Assembly (NCBI GenBank): GCA_016700095.1
Contig: CP065002.1
Span: 1,124,145-1,188,144 of the forward strand
DNA from: Candidatus Woesebacteria bacterium
GTDB taxonomy: Bacteria > Patescibacteriota > Microgenomatia > UBA8517
DNA length: 64,000 nt
Direction of reading: 5' to 3'
Every line of letters starts with the position of its first letter. The stretch's first letter is position 1. The notes under the pieces are model-generated. The model saw only the letters and a program-made list of their open reading frames with translations, ran no database searches and was not told the origin of the DNA. Position numbers and translations under genes: made by a program. Below are positions 8,554 to 18,371 of this stretch, piece after piece.

Positions 8554-11211
8554 ATGATAAAATTTTTTATGGCATACCATGGACTTACCAATCAAGAAGC
8601 TTTACAAAAACAAAAAGATTACGGTTTTAATGAAATACAAGACTATTTAAAGATTACTCCTTTCCAAATACTTGTAAGACAAATTAAAAGTAATTACATT
8701 ATTTACCTCCTAACATGTGCTTCTATTGTTTCATTCATCGTCGGAAAAGATTTCACTGCATATACGATCCTTGCAGTTGTTGCAACGGTAATATTTACAG
8801 GATTTATTCAAGAATTCAAAGCGGAAGGTTCGATCTCAGCATTAAAGAAAATGTTAATGCCCATTACCATTGTTATGCGAGATGGTAAAAAAACTGAACT
8901 ACCATCAAGAGAAATTGTACCCGATGACATCCTGCTTTTGGGAAATGGTGAGAAAATTCCCGCCGATTGCATACTAGTTGATTCGTATGAATTAAAGATT
9001 AATGAAGCAGCATTAACCGGCGAGTCGACTGAAGTCACAAAAAGTACACTTAAATCAGATGCATCATCACCTACCGATGAAAATAAGATTTTTATGGGTA
9101 CGTATATTGTGAATGGAAGATGTGTGGCAAAAGTCCAACACACGGGTATGAATACTAAATTTGGCAGGATTGCACATCTGATTTCTTCAGCAGAGAAATC
9201 GTTCCCACTGCAAGAAAAAATAAACTATATCACAAAGTATATGGTGATAATCGCTATCACCATGGCTGGTGCCACAAGTACACTAATGATACTAAGGGCA
9301 GATACTCTGGATACGGCAACAATATTGGAAATTCTGGTTCTTGCAATCGCGATTGCCGTATCGGCTTTTCCGGAAGGATTACCTGTCGTACTGATATCAA
9401 CTCTTGCGGTGGGAGCCAAAAGGATGTCGGAAAAAGATGCAATTGTAAACAGAATGTCAATAATAGAAGCATTGGGCGAAACAACTGTTGTATGCTCGGA
9501 TAAAACCGGAACTATAACCAGAGGCGAAATGACAGTCAAAAAAATATTTACCGGAGACAATATATATGAAGTTGAAGGAAGTGGATTTGTCGCACACGGA
9601 AGAATTTTGAAAGATTCGGTTTCTGTTGATTTGAAAGATTCTCCCGAACTTAGACAATTAATAAAAGCAGGCGTGTTATGTACCGATGCAGAGATTGAAC
9701 GATCTGGAACCGATAATGAGTATACAACCATTGGTTCCCCAACCGAGGCGGCTTTGTTAGTACTGGGAGCCAAAACTAATATTTTCAAGGAATCATTTAA
9801 ATCACAAAGGACAAACGAAACACCATTTAGCTCGGAAAGGAAAATGATGTCGGTTCTCCACAAGGAAAACGGTACGTATACAGTATATGTTAAGGGAGCT
9901 CCCGAAATTGTATTGGAAAAATGTGAATACTATTTGGCTAATGGTAAAAAGACCAAACTAAAGAAAGACAAGTTAACTGAAATACTCCAAATACAAAAAG
10001 GCTTGTCGGGAAACGCTTATCGAACATTAGTCGTAGCATATAAAGATATTTCAAACGCCAATAGTTACAATGAAGATAATTTAATATTTTTGGGATTAGT
10101 TGCCATGGAGGATCCTCCACGGGAAAATGTCAAGGAGTCGATAGACATCGCGAAAAGAGCAGGAATTAGAGTTATCATGATAACAGGTGATAACAAAGAT
10201 ACTGCAGTATCAATTGCCCATCAAATCGGTTTAGTCGGAAATGTCATAACAGGAATAGAACTTGACGAAATGTCAGAACGTGAAGTGTCTCTTTCGGTAA
10301 AACACACCAGTATATTTGCCCGAGTACGACCTGATCATAAAATAAAAATAATATCCGCTCTCAAATCAAATGGAGAAATTGTCACAATGACAGGTGACGG
10401 AGTTAATGATGCACCGGCACTAAAAGCAGCACATGTTGGAGTAGCAATGGGTATTAACGGCACCGATGTTTCAAGGTCCGCGTCCGATTTAATACTTAGA
10501 AATGATAGTTTTTCTACAATAATCGATGCTATCGCAGAGGGTAGAAATATATTCAATAACTTACGTAAATTTGTTACATATCAGTTAAGTTGTAACTTTG
10601 CTGAACTCATTACAATTTTTGTAGGTGTACTCTTTGCCCCATTTTTCGGCTGGGAAATACCGGTACTTGTTTCGATACAGATTCTTTTTATGAATCTTGT
10701 TACCGACAATCTTCCTGCAATTACCCTTGGTCTTAATCCCACCTCGAAAGACATTATGTTGACTCCTCCTAGAAAAGGTTCGAAAATTCTAAACGGGATT
10801 CTAATAAAGTTATTAATCGTTACCGGAAGTACAATGGCAGCCTTAACACTTATTGCCTTCTATGTTTCATATAATTTGATTGATTACACAACTCAGACAA
10901 GTCGAACTATCGCATTGGTTACATTGATATTACTTGAAATAGTATTTGCTTTTGGTTTTAGATCATTTAGAAAAGCGACATTGACTAGATCACCATTTGT
11001 AAACAAATATTTAGTATACGCATCCGCAGTTTCACTAATTCTAACTTTTGCAATTATCTACACACCGTTAAATAAGTATTTTGAAACCGTCCCCGTCACT
11101 TTTGCCGGTTGGGCAATTGCAATATCTTTGATGTTACTTGGACTTGTAATCCACGATCTACTCAAGAAATTTAATTTAAGAAACTCAAGATATTTAGAAA
11201 GTATAAATTAA
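8554..11211 (+). CDS. P-type cation-transporting ATPase (type II, Ca2+/Mg2+-like).
   Basis: DKTGTIT phosphorylation motif, TGDN, GDGVNDAPAL hinge, 10 predicted TM helices, 885 aa. The true start is possibly the ATG at 8569 (MAYHGLT). Confidence 0.9.
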   Translation: MIKFFMAYHGLTNQEALQKQKDYGFNEIQDYLKITPFQILVRQIKSNYIIYLLTCASIVSFIVGKDFTAYTILAVVATVIFTGFIQEFKAEGSISALKKMLMPITIVMRDGKKTELPSREIVPDDILLLGNGEKIPADCILVDSYELKINEAALTGESTEVTKSTLKSDASSPTDENKIFMGTYIVNGRCVAKVQHTGMNTKFGRIAHLISSAEKSFPLQEKINYITKYMVIIAITMAGATSTLMILRADTLDTATILEILVLAIAIAVSAFPEGLPVVLISTLAVGAKRMSEKDAIVNRMSIIEALGETTVVCSDKTGTITRGEMTVKKIFTGDNIYEVEGSGFVAHGRILKDSVSVDLKDSPELRQLIKAGVLCTDAEIERSGTDNEYTTIGSPTEAALLVLGAKTNIFKESFKSQRTNETPFSSERKMMSVLHKENGTYTVYVKGAPEIVLEKCEYYLANGKKTKLKKDKLTEILQIQKGLSGNAYRTLVVAYKDISNANSYNEDNLIFLGLVAMEDPPRENVKESIDIAKRAGIRVIMITGDNKDTAVSIAHQIGLVGNVITGIELDEMSEREVSLSVKHTSIFARVRPDHKIKIISALKSNGEIVTMTGDGVNDAPALKAAHVGVAMGINGTDVSRSASDLILRNDSFSTIIDAIAEGRNIFNNLRKFVTYQLSCNFAELITIFVGVLFAPFFGWEIPVLVSIQILFMNLVTDNLPAITLGLNPTSKDIMLTPPRKGSKILNGILIKLLIVTGSTMAALTLIAFYVSYNLIDYTTQTSRTIALVTLILLEIVFAFGFRSFRKATLTRSPFVNKYLVYASAVSLILTFAIIYTPLNKYFETVPVTFAGWAIAISLMLLGLVIHDLLKKFNLRNSRYLESIN

Positions 11212-11455
11212 GGTAGATTTATTAAGGATGTATCGCTTGATCAGATATTTCAATTTATACTTCGCGAAAAGTACGAGCTGAAAGCGCGGCCAAAGAAAAT
11301 CGGAGATCATACTTTTCCCTAGAATAGAATACTATGGACTTCCGGGCTGTGGTTCTTTTTTTATTAACCAAAGGGAATGGTTTAATCGTGACAACGCATC
11401 ATGATTTGTAAATTATATACTTAACTAACTGATATAGAGAGGAAATCGCCGATAT

Positions 11456-11746
11456 ATGACTTATTTCGTATACATTCTCAGAACTTCATCTAATACTTTA
11501 TATATTGGTCAAACAAATGATGTAAGAAGAAGAATTTCAGAACACAAAAAGAAAGGCAAAAAGTCTGCTAAGTACTTGCGATACTTTAAGTCAGTGGAAC
11601 TTATTCATCAAGAAAAATACAATACTAAAAGTCAGGCTTTAAAACGCGAGGCTGAACTGAAAAAATGGCCAAAAGCAAAAAAAGAGGAACTGTGTAAAAA
11701 CCGCATCCATGAAGTATTGTCAAATAATGAAAAAGACTTATCCTGA
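11456..11746 (+). CDS. GIY-YIG nuclease superfamily protein (YhbQ/UPF0213-like).
   Basis: YFVYILRTSSNTLYIGQTNDVRRRISEH matches the GIY-YIG core. Confidence 0.8.
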   Translation: MTYFVYILRTSSNTLYIGQTNDVRRRISEHKKKGKKSAKYLRYFKSVELIHQEKYNTKSQALKREAELKKWPKAKKEELCKNRIHEVLSNNEKDLS

Positions 11747-11797
11747 TAATGTTGATGGTGTATTATTTAAGTATTAGGTTAGGAGGTGACAATTACG

Positions 11798-11998
11798 ATG
11801 AAAATACTTCAAAATGAAAGTAAAGTAGATAGGGGTATACGCATGGTTCTCGGTATGGCTATAGCTTTAGTTAGCTTTACCTATCTGGAGGGAACATTAC
11901 AACTTATTGCTCTGATAATTTCTTTGGTACTATTAGTAACCGGCTTTACGGGTTTTTGTCTTTTGTACAAATTACTAGGCATTAATACCAAGAAATAA
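11798..11998 (+). CDS. DUF2892 (YgaP-like) small inner-membrane protein.
   Basis: RGIRMVLGMAIALVSF...LVTGFTGFCLLYKLLGINT matches the DUF2892 signature. The ATG at 11798 lies 8 nt after AGGAGGTGA. The track start at 11786 is a GTG inside the SD. Confidence 0.7.
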   Translation: MKILQNESKVDRGIRMVLGMAIALVSFTYLEGTLQLIALIISLVLLVTGFTGFCLLYKLLGINTKK

Positions 11999-12116
11999 TC
12001 TAGATAGTATAATTTACTTCGACTTAAGATCTTTTTGGCAGTGGTATGTTTACAAAATACTCAACCCTGTTGAGACACTTACCCGGAAGCGGATTTTTAG
12101 TGAGACTTCACGAACT

Positions 12117-12137
12117 AAAGTCCGTGGTGACTTTTTT
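12117..12137 (+). terminator. Intrinsic terminator after the DUF2892 gene (AAAGTC-cgtggt-GACTTT followed by TTT).
   Basis: 6-bp stem, 6-nt loop and a T-run read directly from the sequence. Confidence 0.4.
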
Positions 12138-12306
12138 CGTCTTCAGCGGTAAGGCAAATCTCTATCGACGCGATAGAACGCGTGGTATTACCGAAAAAAG
12201 AAAATAAAAAGAAGCTTTAAAAAGTAAAAATACACAACACCCTTGGATGTAGGAAGAAAAGAATTGATGCGATTGCGTATTTGTATTGGTATTTTTATAA
12301 ACAGTC

Positions 12307-12678
12307 TTATTTTACCGGTTTGAATTTTATACCGTATTGAATAATTCCCGAAGTGTCAAAGTCTGATATTTTTCTAAATACCGCCTCGACTTTTGTACCT
12401 ATTCTCACATCTTTCCTTTTATAATCCGTTAATTGCGACAACATCAGCGGTCCTTTGGTAAGTTTAATTATAACAATCGTATATGGAACAAACTTTTCAA
12501 AACCTGTCGGAGCAACATATACCTCACTTAGCGAAATTATTTTTCCGTAGGGTTGTAGTAAATAATCCTTTGTTTTTCCTATAGCTCTACACTTTGGACA
12601 AACGGTTTTTGCCGGATAGGTAATTAATTTACACTTCAAACAACATCCCCCAAGAAGTCTATATTTCGACTTCTGCAT
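12307..12678 (-). CDS. DUF35 zinc-ribbon/OB-fold protein, the scaffold of the archaeal-type thiolase/HMG-CoA synthase complex.
   Basis: CLKCKL...CPKC zinc ribbon followed by an OB-fold region, located immediately downstream of the thiolase. The start was moved to the ATG at 12678 (GGAG 4 nt upstream). The track start would overlap the thiolase. Confidence 0.8.
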   Translation of the reverse strand: MQKSKYRLLGGCCLKCKLITYPAKTVCPKCRAIGKTKDYLLQPYGKIISLSEVYVAPTGFEKFVPYTIVIIKLTKGPLMLSQLTDYKRKDVRIGTKVEAVFRKISDFDTSGIIQYGIKFKPVK

Positions 12679-12713
12679 TCTCCAATTTTTTGGTGGTAAA
12701 TTGTGCATGTTAT

Positions 12714-13865
12714 TTAAATTCCGAATATACTTACTACACAAGTTGAACCGGAACCTCCTACATTGTGTGTCAATCCGTATCTGACATTAGGTATTTGTCG
12801 ATCTCCCGCCGTTCCCTCTAGTTGGTGTACAATTTCTATGACTTGTTTAATACCAGTTGCGCCAACTGGATGACCACACCCTTTTAATCCGCCTGAAGTA
12901 TTAATTGGCAACTTTCCACTAAGTGTCGTTTCGGCATTTCTAATTCCCTTGAACGCCATACCTTTTTCATAAAAACCTAAATCTTCCATCGCAAACACTT
13001 CGGCTATAGTAAAGCAATCATGTACTTCGGCAACATTGATATCTTTCGGTTTTATATTTGCTTGTTGGTATGCATTTTTGGCAGCTAATCGAGCCGATTT
13101 TAAAGATGTTAGATCCTGTCGATTACATAAAGACAAACTGTCTGTTGCGGACGAAGATGCCAGAACCGAAACCTTCACTTTATTTTTAACAACATTTGTT
13201 TCACTAGTTAGTATTACAGCAGCAGCCCCGTCCGAAATTGGCGAACAATCAAAAAGCTTCAAAGGCGAAGCAACAGGTGCACTATTTAACACATCATCAA
13301 CTGTAATGCTGTTGTGAAAATGCGCGTTTGGATTAAGGCGTGCATTGTGATGATTTTTTACGGCAATAGTTGCCAAATCTTTCTGGGTTAAGCCATACTT
13401 ATCCATATATACAGTTGCCATTAAAGCATAAAGACCCGCAAAGTTTGCGCCATAAAAACTTTCCACTTCATCGTCGGAAGCTTGCATCAATGCCGCTGTG
13501 ATATCCGGAGTACTTAAATCCGTCATTTTTTCGACACCCACAACCAAAACCGTTTTGTTTTGTCCGCTTTTTATACTTTCAGCTGCCAATTGGATAGCCG
13601 TCCCACCGGATGCACATGCCGCCTCAATGTGTACTGCTTGTACATTAATTCCGAGTTCTCCAGTAACCAATGGACCAAGATGAGATTGTCCTGAGGTTGT
13701 TGGAGCAATCATATTGGCTACATAAACTCCGTCAATATCATCGGGCGATAAACCTGCGTCTTTTAATGCAAGAAGTGACGCTTCCAATGCCAATTGTCGA
13801 AGCGACTTCGACCACAGCTCTCCAAATTTTGTAATACCTGTACCTGCTACCAATATCTTGTTCAT
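12714..13865 (-). CDS. Acetyl-CoA C-acetyltransferase (archaeal/SCP-x-type thiolase).
   Basis: N-terminus MNKILVAGTGITKFGE and C-terminal catalytic-region motifs. It overlaps the HMGS stop by 4 nt. Confidence 0.85.
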   Translation of the reverse strand: MNKILVAGTGITKFGELWSKSLRQLALEASLLALKDAGLSPDDIDGVYVANMIAPTTSGQSHLGPLVTGELGINVQAVHIEAACASGGTAIQLAAESIKSGQNKTVLVVGVEKMTDLSTPDITAALMQASDDEVESFYGANFAGLYALMATVYMDKYGLTQKDLATIAVKNHHNARLNPNAHFHNSITVDDVLNSAPVASPLKLFDCSPISDGAAAVILTSETNVVKNKVKVSVLASSSATDSLSLCNRQDLTSLKSARLAAKNAYQQANIKPKDINVAEVHDCFTIAEVFAMEDLGFYEKGMAFKGIRNAETTLSGKLPINTSGGLKGCGHPVGATGIKQVIEIVHQLEGTAGDRQIPNVRYGLTHNVGGSGSTCVVSIFGI

Positions 13866-14905
13866 AGTACGATTTTGTTTTTTAATCTTAAATATGATGT
13901 ATAGGAAATGTATTTCTTGTTGACAAGAAGTGTCGAGGTTTTGGATGCTTTTCTTTGAATTTTAGTCAATTCACGCGTTGTCTCGAAAACAAACGCATCC
14001 GATCCGGATCCTGATCCATATGATGTTAACAATATATTTTGCCCTGGTTTAGCTATGTCAAAAACGCTACACAAACCAATCATTGACGAAGCCGAGTAGG
14101 TATTTCCTAAATTACCAACCACCAAACCGGCTTTCAATTGTTTTTCGGTAAAACCCATTTTAAGGGCAACGTTACCGGGAAACTTACCATTGGGCATATG
14201 AAATACGACATGATCATAATCACTTGGTTGAGTTTTTGTCTTTTCAAGAATGTTTTTTGTAGCCATCATAATATGCTTAAAATATGCAGGTTCACCGGTA
14301 AACCGCCCGGCATGTTTTGGACAAGTCTCACCTTCACGTCTCCAGAAGTCGGGTGCGTCCGAGGAGTAAGATAAGGTATCAATTATTTTTACTGCAATAT
14401 TTTTACGGCCGATGATTATCGCCGCTGATCCGGCTGCAGCGGTATATTCAAGTGCATCGCCGGCAGTACTTTGCGCACAATCAGTCCCGATGGCTAAACC
14501 ATTTTTAATCATTAGTGACGATACCAACCCGATCACAATTTGCATATTTGCCGTTCCTGCTTTGCAGGCAAATTGGGTATCAATTGCCATATAGTCATTT
14601 GTCATTCCAATTGCTTCGGCAACAATCGTTGATGATGGCTTGACCGCATATGGATGTGATTCAGATCCAATATATATTGCACCCACTTCATTTGATTGAA
14701 TTGTAGATCTTTCAAGTGCTCTTAATGCTGCTTCCACCGAAAGTGTAATCGTATCCTCATCGTAATTCGGTACCGATTTCTCATGTACACCCAAAGCTCT
14801 TCCGGGATTCATTGAACTGTTCCAAGCCCTGGCTATATTTTTGGTTTTAATACGCAAGTGAGGAATACTAACTCCGTATCCAACTATGCCAACATTTTTC
14901 ATCAC
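13862..14905 (-). CDS. Hydroxymethylglutaryl-CoA synthase (archaeal type).
   Basis: MMKNVGIVGYGVSIPHLRIK N-terminus typical of archaeal-type HMGS. It has a 4-nt overlap with each neighbouring gene. Confidence 0.9.
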   Translation of the reverse strand: MMKNVGIVGYGVSIPHLRIKTKNIARAWNSSMNPGRALGVHEKSVPNYDEDTITLSVEAALRALERSTIQSNEVGAIYIGSESHPYAVKPSSTIVAEAIGMTNDYMAIDTQFACKAGTANMQIVIGLVSSLMIKNGLAIGTDCAQSTAGDALEYTAAAGSAAIIIGRKNIAVKIIDTLSYSSDAPDFWRREGETCPKHAGRFTGEPAYFKHIMMATKNILEKTKTQPSDYDHVVFHMPNGKFPGNVALKMGFTEKQLKAGLVVGNLGNTYSASSMIGLCSVFDIAKPGQNILLTSYGSGSGSDAFVFETTRELTKIQRKASKTSTLLVNKKYISYTSYLRLKNKIVL

Positions 14906-16098
14906 ACTTGTCCTCCTCTTGCGTATTTCATATGTGCTTTAGCCAAATCATTAGATGACAACGCCGCAAGCAAAGATAATTCACCACAAAGAACTGCAGA
15001 TGCAACTATTTCAGCGAATTTCTTGGCATTAGTTCCTGAAGGTTTACCAGATCCTGCTATACCCATTATTGACAGAGCTTGACTCTGCGATGAAAGATTA
15101 GTTCCTCCTCCAATCGTTCCCAATATCAGACTTGGTAAATCAACACTTATATAAAGGTTGCTGTTATCGGCTTCTATGGAAGTCGTTCCCAAAGATCCTT
15201 CGACGACATGTGCCAAGTCTTGCCCCGTTGCCGCAAAAATAGCTGCTACTACATTTACATGATGTGCATTTACCCCCATCGCACCGGCTACCTGAGATCC
15301 GATCAATAATTTTCGAACATAAACTTCGTATATTTTTTGCGATGTAGTTTTCAGCGTTTTTACGAGAATATTTTTCGGTATAACTACTTCTGCATGGACA
15401 GTATGACCCCTGCCATGTAATTTATTTATCCATGCTGGTTTTTTGTCGGTGCACACGTTTCCACTCAACGAAATGCAATTTACTTGTGTTTTTGGTAAAA
15501 GAAATTTTCTTATAACATGATCACAAGCAAAGGTTGCCATATTCATCCCCATGGCATCATTGGTATCAAATCTAAATCTTAAATATACATTCCTTCCGGA
15601 TATATAAGGATCGATGGCGATAAGTTTGATGAATGGTGAAGTCTCGGTAACCAACTTTTCAATCCGTGTAATATTTTTTTGTACAAATTTAATAAAAGCT
15701 TGTGCTTCGTTATAACTATTAACACAAAAAACTGGCGCTCGCGTCATTTCACTTTTAACAATAGCAACCGACACTCCTCCCGCTGAAGTTGCCGCTTTAC
15801 ACCCCCTGTTTACACTTGCAACCAATGCACCTTCGGTTGTCGCAAGCGGTATATAATAATTTCCTTGCGCATATTTACCTCTAACGGTTAAGGGTCCGGC
15901 AACACCCAGGGGTATATCGACTTTTCCAATTAGATTCTCGCAGTTTTTAGTCGATACATCGTCAACATTAAAACTTGGATTTTCGATACTGTCTAATTTT
16001 ATATGAAGTTTTTTTTCTAAAACAGACCTTCTTTGGCCCATCGGATCACTTGAATTTATTATATTTTCCGTTGGGGTCTTGTTAACAATTTTTTGCAT
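14902..16098 (-). CDS. HMG-CoA reductase, class I (short archaeal-type).
   Basis: DAMGMN and GTIGGGT motifs, about 400 aa. It is the first gene of the operon, with a TATAAT box about 20 nt upstream and no SD. Confidence 0.9.
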   Translation of the reverse strand: MQKIVNKTPTENIINSSDPMGQRRSVLEKKLHIKLDSIENPSFNVDDVSTKNCENLIGKVDIPLGVAGPLTVRGKYAQGNYYIPLATTEGALVASVNRGCKAATSAGGVSVAIVKSEMTRAPVFCVNSYNEAQAFIKFVQKNITRIEKLVTETSPFIKLIAIDPYISGRNVYLRFRFDTNDAMGMNMATFACDHVIRKFLLPKTQVNCISLSGNVCTDKKPAWINKLHGRGHTVHAEVVIPKNILVKTLKTTSQKIYEVYVRKLLIGSQVAGAMGVNAHHVNVVAAIFAATGQDLAHVVEGSLGTTSIEADNSNLYISVDLPSLILGTIGGGTNLSSQSQALSIMGIAGSGKPSGTNAKKFAEIVASAVLCGELSLLAALSSNDLAKAHMKYARGGQV

Positions 16099-16415
16099 AT
16101 TAATATTTTTTCATTATACTCTCACCATTCAACTCTTTCCTTTTCAGTACTTTTTCCTTACAAAGGACACTGTCTGAGGTATATATCTAATTTAATAATG
16201 ACTTTGCCAACAGAAAACTAGATAAGTTAATTTTTGCCAATATTAATAATCCTCAACGCTTGTTTGCTTCACTCAGTGAAATCGAATAACCCAATATCAG
16301 TAATTGGTACCATCGACAAAGAAATGTTAACTTAATTAATTTCTTTAAGTATCACCAAATCGGAACGAATAAGAAAATCTGAAGAAGGCAAAAAAATACT
16401 ATTTAAATTATTTAC

Positions 16416-17546
16416 TTATCCAATTACTTTCTCCCAAGGAAATATATTTCTACCAAAATGCCCATATGAAGCCGTTTTTAGATAGATCGGATTTCTTAAG
16501 TTAAGACCACTTATGATTCCCTCAACTGATGTGTCTAATAACTTATGCATATACATTTTAATTTCTTTTTGTGAAGCTTTTTCTGTTCCGAAAGTTTCCA
16601 CGTCCTGCATGACAGGTTTTCTCGCACCGATGAAATACGCCAGTCTAACTTCTGCCCTTTGAGCAAGACCTTTAGCCACAATATTTTTAGCAAGAAATCT
16701 GGCTGCATATGCTCCGGATCGATCAACTTTTGTTGGGTCTTTACCGCTAAAAGCGCCACCCCCAAGACGGGCATAACTTCCATAACTATCCACTGCGATT
16801 TTTCGACCCGTAACCCCCGTGTCCGATGCCGGTCCTCCGATATGCCACACACCTGTTCCGTTAACAATCAAATCTTTTGGAGATATTTCAAATCCATATT
16901 TCAATAACACAGGGGAAACGACTTTTTTGTAAATGTCATCTTTTACTTTATTAAGTGCAACTTTAGGAGAATGTGGTACAGCAACCACGACATTTGTTAT
17001 TCGATATGGTTTACCATTTTTATATTCAACAGTCACTTGGCTTTTTCCGTCAGGACGAAGATACTTCAGTATATTTTTCTCTCTTACTTTATCTAATAAT
17101 TCACAAAGATTGTGTGCAATCATAATTGGAAGCGGCATAAATACTTTTGTTTCATTACATGCATATCCAAACATCATCCCCTGATCCCCGGCACCTTTTT
17201 TATTTACGCCCTGGGCAATTTCGCTTGATTGTTCATGAATATTTATAGAAATATCACTAGCAGGCGAAAAGCCCAATTCCGGCTCAATATAACCTAATCT
17301 TTTAATTTGTTTTTTAATTATTTTTTCGTAGTCAACCTTATAGTCGGAGGTAATTTCACCCGCAACAAACACTTTATTAGTCGTCACCATTGTTTCAACT
17401 GCTACTCTTCCAAACTCATCTTTTTTGTATACCTCATCAAGAATAGCGTCACTTATCTGATCGCATATTTTATCGGGGTGACCAGCACAAACAGACTCGG
17501 AGGTAAATAAATTTTTGGAGATGATTGTTTTTTGTCGACTGACCAT
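16416..17546 (-). CDS. metK: S-adenosylmethionine synthetase.
   Basis: FTSESVCAGHPDKICDQISD N-terminal signature. The start was reset to the ATG at 17544..17546 (RBS AAGGAAAG), because the upstream track extension overlaps the riboswitch. Confidence 0.95.
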   Translation of the reverse strand: MVSRQKTIISKNLFTSESVCAGHPDKICDQISDAILDEVYKKDEFGRVAVETMVTTNKVFVAGEITSDYKVDYEKIIKKQIKRLGYIEPELGFSPASDISINIHEQSSEIAQGVNKKGAGDQGMMFGYACNETKVFMPLPIMIAHNLCELLDKVREKNILKYLRPDGKSQVTVEYKNGKPYRITNVVVAVPHSPKVALNKVKDDIYKKVVSPVLLKYGFEISPKDLIVNGTGVWHIGGPASDTGVTGRKIAVDSYGSYARLGGGAFSGKDPTKVDRSGAYAARFLAKNIVAKGLAQRAEVRLAYFIGARKPVMQDVETFGTEKASQKEIKMYMHKLLDTSVEGIISGLNLRNPIYLKTASYGHFGRNIFPWEKVIG

Positions 17547-17554
17547 ATCTTTCC

Positions 17555-17645
17555 TTTTGGCCGGAATTAGCACCGTGTTTTAAATCGGTTGCTGGGTAGC
17601 TTAACAAGCCGGATCTTTAGCTACCTCTCTTGATACCTAAATAAA
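17555..17645 (-). ncRNA. SAM-I (S-box) riboswitch in the metK 5' leader.
   Basis: Reverse-strand sequence TATCAAGAGAGGTAGC...GCTACCCAGCAACC...ACGGTGCTAATTCCGG contains the S-box hallmarks (AUCAAGAGnGG, GCAACC, GGUGCUAAUUCC) directly upstream of metK. Confidence 0.8.
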
Positions 17646-17771
17646 AATAGCAAATTCCAATCCATTTGTAAATAGCATGTATGTCTAGATACGATAAATA
17701 CTCCTCACTACAAGTTAGAAATATTCACTTCATAACTTTCCCTGCTCCAGTACGGATTACAATTAATATTT

Positions 17772-18305
17772 CTAAATTAAGTCAGCCATTTTGTTTATGG
17801 CTGCGGAAAAAAGATACGACAATATCCCAATTAATCCAAGAAATAAAATAACCCACCAAATCGTTTTTGCACCAGCAGCCGCCTGTGGTAAAAACAAACT
17901 TGTCTCAGTAAAAATAACCAAAGCAACAATACACATAAGTCTGTGTTTATAGGTCCATTGGGGTAAATAATACCTGAGTTTATATTTTTTTCGTAGTGTG
18001 GCGTAAACATACGACATAAACCTGCTAATTATCATGATCGCGAATGACATTTTTGCAAAAACCGACAGAATATCCTTCTCGTCATAGACAGTGTCGCGTA
18101 AGATGTTTTGAAGGAAAAACTTGACTATTTGAACCGGAAAACCGTGTGACAATTCCAACACTTCTTCATCGGTTGTGTTAATAATTATTATCACAACAAA
18201 CGCTGCAAATATTACAATCGCAGGGGTTAGTATCATATAACCCAGATAATAGATAAAATATTTTACAAACAATTTTAACATCTCATAAGAGTTTACATTT
18301 TTCAT
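17772..18305 (-). CDS. Integral membrane protein, function unknown.
   Basis: Multiple TM helices. The start was moved to the ATG at 18305 (TATAAT 6 nt upstream, leaderless-like) to avoid the antisense overlap with 18372..19583 created by the track start. Confidence 0.45.
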   Translation of the reverse strand: MKNVNSYEMLKLFVKYFIYYLGYMILTPAIVIFAAFVVIIIINTTDEEVLELSHGFPVQIVKFFLQNILRDTVYDEKDILSVFAKMSFAIMIISRFMSYVYATLRKKYKLRYYLPQWTYKHRLMCIVALVIFTETSLFLPQAAAGAKTIWWVILFLGLIGILSYLFSAAINKMADLI

Positions 18306-18371
18306 ATCTGTATTATAAACATATTTAGACTTCATGTAACCCAGGCAAGCTGGTATACTTATTTTTAAAAT

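Noticed and set aside
8808-10556. Several 60-212-aa ORFs on the minus strand inside the P-type ATPase gene.
   Set aside because: All are antisense to a strongly supported 885-aa gene and have low-complexity composition.
16535-17510. Multiple small ORFs on both strands inside metK.
   Set aside because: They are embedded in or antisense to the well-supported metK reading frame.
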